NCBI GenBank assembly: GCA_002269645.1
Contig: NIVC01002070.1
Coordinates: 104,573 to 168,572, forward strand
DNA length: 64,000 nucleotides
Direction of reading: 5' to 3'
DNA from: Macrostomum lignano
Taxonomy: Eukaryota
Part shown: one piece after another, positions 59,521 to 64,000 of the stretch
How positions within the stretch are numbered: position 1 is the first letter of the stretch
Layout of the letters: each line of letters opens with the position of its first letter
Program-made: the position numbers and the translations under genes
Notes under the pieces: model-generated
The model's database searches: none
Told to the model about the DNA's origin: nothing
What the model saw: the letters and a program-made list of their open reading frames with translations, nothing else

Positions 59521-61478
59521 TATATTATATATTCCATTTATATTTATATATATAAATTATAAATAGAACTAGACTAGGGAGGCTAAACAAAAACTAAAGT
59601 CAAAATGATTTCAGTTGTATTATAGATAATTAGGCCTAGTTTCAAATCTAATATTAGGCCTATTGGATTAATCTTTGACGATGATGATTAATTAAACATA
59701 ATAATTAATATAACATTAGTTATCAAGTTACAAAACAATGTCAATGGTAAAAAGAGAAAGTTAGATATAGGCCCTAGCTTGTAATAAAGATTTAATGTTG
59801 TGGCCATCTTGGTATGTGGCCATCTAGTCTAGGCCTAAAACTAGGCCTAATTGACAAGTGCTAATGGCATGCTATGGGCTATGGCCTATGGGTAGCTTCT
59901 TTCTAAGTCATCATATTCCTAGGACCTAGACCTAGTCTGCTAGTGCTAGTCTTTCTCTTAGCCTAGCAGTAGGCAGCCTAGGCATGGTACCACTATGGGG
60001 ATGGTTGAACAACTAGGCTGATTAAATAGTAAGCATGGGACTATGTTTCATAATGCCTAGGCCTAATATTGATAGCATTCACATCCAATAGGACTCTAGG
60101 AGTAGGACTATTGATTAACCTACACGGCCAATGGGCCTAGGCTACAGGCCTACAGTGTATACTGAGTAGAGCAGTATGGCCATGGGCTATGTCTACTAGC
60201 CTATCTATAGAATACGTCTATAATAATAGAAATTGCATGATAAGGTTTTAAGGTTATGACGAGACTTATATTTTTATTTGACTCTTCTTTGTATTTTATT
60301 TAGTATATATCATACATACCCGCTATAGTAAAATCCGACACATCACACATTAAAATATACTGATAGTCTCTAAACGAGGTAGTTTCGAAGAAAGCCTAAT
60401 GTCGCGCGTGATTAAATAAATAAGGCTCAGGTAACGGTTTTAATTCGCAAGGCCTCAAAAAACGTCTCAAAAATTTCTTAGAAAATTTAATCGGCTTTTA
60501 ATAGTTATAACTAAAAGTTTCTGCAGAATAGGGTTATATAGTTTTGTATACTATTCTAAATAACTTTTAGTGAAAATTTTATTTTATTTTTAAATGAAAA
60601 ATTTTTCTTTGGCATAGATATTTTCTATTATTTATACGAATTTCGAAGATAAGAATTATTCAATTTTATTAAAATAGCTGCTTATTAAGAATTATTTTGC
60701 TGGGAGTCTGGGACGTAGGTAGGATTTTTATCATACGTAAAAATCATACGTAGGTTAGGTATGATTTTTGAGGCCCTTGATTATTTCTTCAGCGCCAGTG
60801 TCGCCAAAGCTGCTGGCATGCGGCATGAGGTATCAAAAAACCTTGAGTCGATTGGGTGTGGGGACTTCGTGGCTATATCAAATATTATATTTCCTTTTTA
60901 ATGATACAACTTAGACTTCTAAAAAAACTTTTAATTCCAGATATCGGTTCATTCGAACGAAAAAATATGCAGCAGCAAGAGTTTAGGATAATTAAATAAG
61001 TAACAGAGCATTCTGTTTTGTTGGTGGAATAAGCTACGAGTCAATAAAAGTATGTCAAGTATTAGTATATAAAAGTATGTTTTACGTTTTGGATTATGCG
61101 TAATAAAAGCAGCTAAAATAGCAATATCGACTTATGAAGTGTATTAGGCCTATTTTAATTTTTTTGTACTTTGAGCCAAGACTCCAAGAATGGGTGCTAA
61201 AAAGAGTTTGACCTAAATTTTTGTACTGCACCATACCATAAATATTTGGATTAGCTATACTTTGTGCTATTGTACTTGTAATAAAGTTAGAAAAGCGGTT
61301 AAAATATTCACAAGTGGTGTTTTTCTCAGCTCTAAGATAAAAGAAATAGAAATCCAAGATCAAATTGAAGTCTGTGAAACCATATTCAACTGTCCACTAT
61401 CTTTACACGAGAGGAGTGCAAACTTTGGCAGAAAATAATGCCAGGCAGGCTGGTCACTCGAACTCATTCTTGAGCCAC

Positions 61479-61700
61479 CTAGCAACCCTGCGTTGCTCTA
61501 GGCAGCGTCCGAGCTGCCCTGGCGCGCCGCTCCAGCTCGAGCAGCAGCACCTGCAGCCGCCGCAGTTGCAGCCAGCGAGTTGGCGGCTCGTCTTCCATGG
61601 GATTCCGCCTCGCCTCGTTGGACGCTGTGTCATCTGCTCCGGGGTGTTCATCCCGCAGCTCGACTTGCCGAGCTTCTTGAGAGCCAACACTGCAGCTCAT
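61479..61700 (-). CDS. Small orphan ORF (73 aa), GC-rich island divergent from the PAF-AH gene
   Basis: ATG at 61700 behind the acceptor-like ttctcctgcag; codon usage like that of neighbouring exons (WLQLRRLQVLLLELERR). No family recognised. Confidence 0.4.
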   Translation of the reverse strand: MSCSVGSQEARQVELRDEHPGADDTASNEARRNPMEDEPPTRWLQLRRLQVLLLELERRARAARTLPRATQGC

Positions 61701-62376
61701 TGCCTTGACTGCGCGCTGCAGGAGAAACTCGGTCTGCGCTTGGCAAGGTTGGGGCTTAAGTCTGCAAAGTGGGACAGCGGCGGCGGGGGGCGGCGGCAAG
61801 GTAACAAATGGCGGTTATCGATTGCCTCAGTTCAAATTCCCACCCATACTTCCGTTGCGAGTTTTTAGGGAGAAATTTCCTTGCCGCCCAATACTTCCTA
61901 CCTTAGGGATCAAGGTTTTCAGGCAGATTTTTTATTGAGTGCATAAAAACCCTTGTGCGCTTTTCTGACATTTCTCCCTCACCCTGCACGATTCCTGCCG
62001 AGGTTTGCTGTCGCAATATCCACACAACTATACTCTCCTAACTCTCGCTTCGCGTAACTTTACTGCACTTTTCGTGTACATGTGCATGCATTTTCACGGG
62101 CTCGGCACAGATTAATCCAAGGCAAACTTTCAGAGTAAGCAGGTTAGGCATGTTCCATACTTGTATAGCTCTATAAAAATCCATGAAAAGCGAAATAACT
62201 TACAGGATCATTTTTTCAAAAATCATTGCTTGAATATTCTTCTGAAAGCAGCTAGACAATGTCTATTGAAATGTTATTGATTTTAAAAGTGTTATTAGAA
62301 GTGTAATTCCAAGCTTTTAAAACTCCTTTCGCAAGAGTTCTTCACCCTCAACTGGAATCAACGCCAATCATTCCAG

Positions 62377-63604
62377 TTCGTGTTCGAGCCCTGCGGCCCG
62401 CACCCGGTCGGAGCGCTCGACCTGCTGACCGGGCCCGCTCCGACAATGGCGGCGGCGTGTTGGCGCGCCTATTCTACCCGCGCTAGCCGCGCCAGGCGCC
62501 GGGCACCCCTACACGGAGCCGGAGTACGTGCGCGGCCTGCTGGCTTTCTCCAACTGGGGCTCCTGGCTGTCCGCCTTCCTCTGCTGGGGCTTCGGCCGTC
62601 TGCGCCTGAACTGCGCTTGGCAGGCCGAGCCGCTGCGGCCCGCGCAGCCTCTGCCAGTCATCATCTTCTCGCACGGCCTGGGCGCTCAGCGTCACATCTA
62701 TTCGTCGCTGTGCCTGGAGCTGGCCTCGCGCGGCTTCCTAGTGGCTGCCGTTGAACACCGCGACGGCTCCGCATCGATGTCCTTCGACGTTGTCGACGGG
62801 CAACGCCGCTGGCTGCCTATGGAGGCGGGCCAGTTGAACGACTTTCCTCGGCGGCACGCGCAGGCTCGGTGGCGGGCCCGGCGAGTGCCTTCAGCTGACG
62901 GAGGCCGTCTTGGCGCTGGGCAGGGGGCAGCCGCCGGTGGCCAATCGCTTGCCCGAGGAGCTGGGCGGCTGCCCCGACAGCCGCTGGCCAGCTTCCGGGT
63001 GAGTCCTGCTGGGGGCGCTTCTGGGTGCTCAGCTTCGCGAGGTGCCAGTTCAGGTGCTAGATGTGCCAGTTCAGGTGCTAGATGTGCCAGTTCAGCTGCT
63101 AAGTGTGCCAGTTCAGGTGCTAGATGTGCCAGTTCAGCTGCTAAGTGTGCCAGTTCAGGTGCTAGATGTGCCAGTTCAGCTGCTAAGTGTGCCAGTTCAG
63201 GTTCTAGATGTGCCAGTTCAGATGCTAGGTGTGCCAGTTCAGCTGCTAAGTGTGCCAGTTCAGGTTCTAGATGTGCCAGTTCAGATGCTAGGTGTGCCAG
63301 TTCAGATGATTGGTGTGCCAATTCAAGCACCTTGGAGGTCGTTTTAGTTGCTACGGGTTTAGTTTTGGCGTCGGTCCACTTCAATAGTCATTATTGCGGC
63401 TTTCACTCTCCGACACGGGCGCTCTTCATCTCCCAGACTGGAGGCTTTTGGGTCTAAAGAAAAACTTTCCAGTTTCTATACTTTTCTTTCTTTTATCACT
63501 GCACAGGGCCTGATCGACCCGAATCGAGTTCATCTGATGGGCCACTCCTTCGGCGCCGCCACCGCATTAACGACGCTTGCCACAACGCCTGAGGCAGTGT
63601 ACAA
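62377..63604 (+). CDS. Platelet-activating-factor acetylhydrolase (PLA2G7/PAFAH2 family); exons 62377-62998 and 63507-63604, probably continuing past the window; ~4 single-base indels
   Basis: GPHPVGALDLLTG, LARLFYP, PVIIFSHGLG..R..YS..CLELASRGFLVAAVEHRDGSAS, catalytic GHSFG at ~63540. Confidence 0.88.
63040..63325. repeat. 21-bp minisatellite in the PAF-AH intron
   Basis: GTGCCAGTTCAGGTGCTAGAT units. Confidence 0.92.
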
Positions 63605-63739
63605 GTAAGAATATTATAAATATTGGGAAAAATGGGTGGGTGAGGAGTGGGGTGGGTAAGCAGTGGTGGGTGAGCATTGGGGTGGGTGAGGAGTGGGGTC
63701 GGTGAGGAGTGGGGTGAGGAGTGGGGTGGGTAAGGAGCA

Positions 63740-64000
63740 TACATGCGCAACAGTCGGCCGAGTCGGCCAATCCGGCCGACCGATTTGGCGGCCAACCAAG
63801 GAAGTCGCAAAAATGCCCACCCAAAAAACACCCAAGAAGTAGTACTAAGTAGCTGACGAGGCATTTTGGCTTAATAAGACAGTCATAGTTACTCCTGCCG
63901 TTTACCCAAAGTTGCGGTAATTTTGCTTTAGGATTTTTTTACATGTAAGTCGCATTTTTGGCTAAAAACTACGTCGCATTTTTGTTAAACTAAGTCGCAC
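63740..64000 (+). mobile_element. CpG-intact copy of the same MITE in the PAF-AH intron (truncated by the window end)
   Basis: Left TIR TACATGCGCAAC at 63740; interior matches the copies at 57294-57585 and 29895-30119. Confidence 0.8.

Overview
Eukaryotic (metazoan) genomic DNA: GC-rich spliced exons separated by introns that nearly all carry their own minisatellite. This architecture suggests a flatworm such as Macrostomum (inference only). Host genes are the 3' part of a metabotropic-glutamate-receptor-like class C GPCR (+), seven co-oriented minus-strand housekeeping genes (TAF6, ANKRD49, NDUFAB1, APH-1, AMACR, CEP57-like, CCDC6), a small orphan ORF and a PAF-acetylhydrolase gene (+, several 1-nt indels). 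The standout is a ~16.7-kb element (9035-25692) with 16-bp terminal inverted repeats, set in a (GTCT)n microsatellite. Manual splicing shows that what looks like an 11-kb tandem-repeat array plus two separate ORFs is one phase-consistent 13-exon reading frame of ~1900 aa. Its order is: Lys-rich N-terminus, 4x72-aa repeat exons, a Dbf4/ASK-like Cdc7-activator module (N, M, C motifs), 4x75-aa repeat exons, a C2H2-like finger, a tyrosine recombinase with recognisable catalytic residues, and a C-terminal helical tail. The introns hold roughly 50 copies of a 71-bp unit containing the same GGTCCACSTAA motif that clusters at both element ends. A hAT element (8-bp TSD) with a probable nested Helitron sits in intron 2. 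Mariner and MULE remnants, a TA-flanked MITE family and a CpG-depleted block (54-60 kb) are also present. No rRNA, tRNA or CRISPR array was found.
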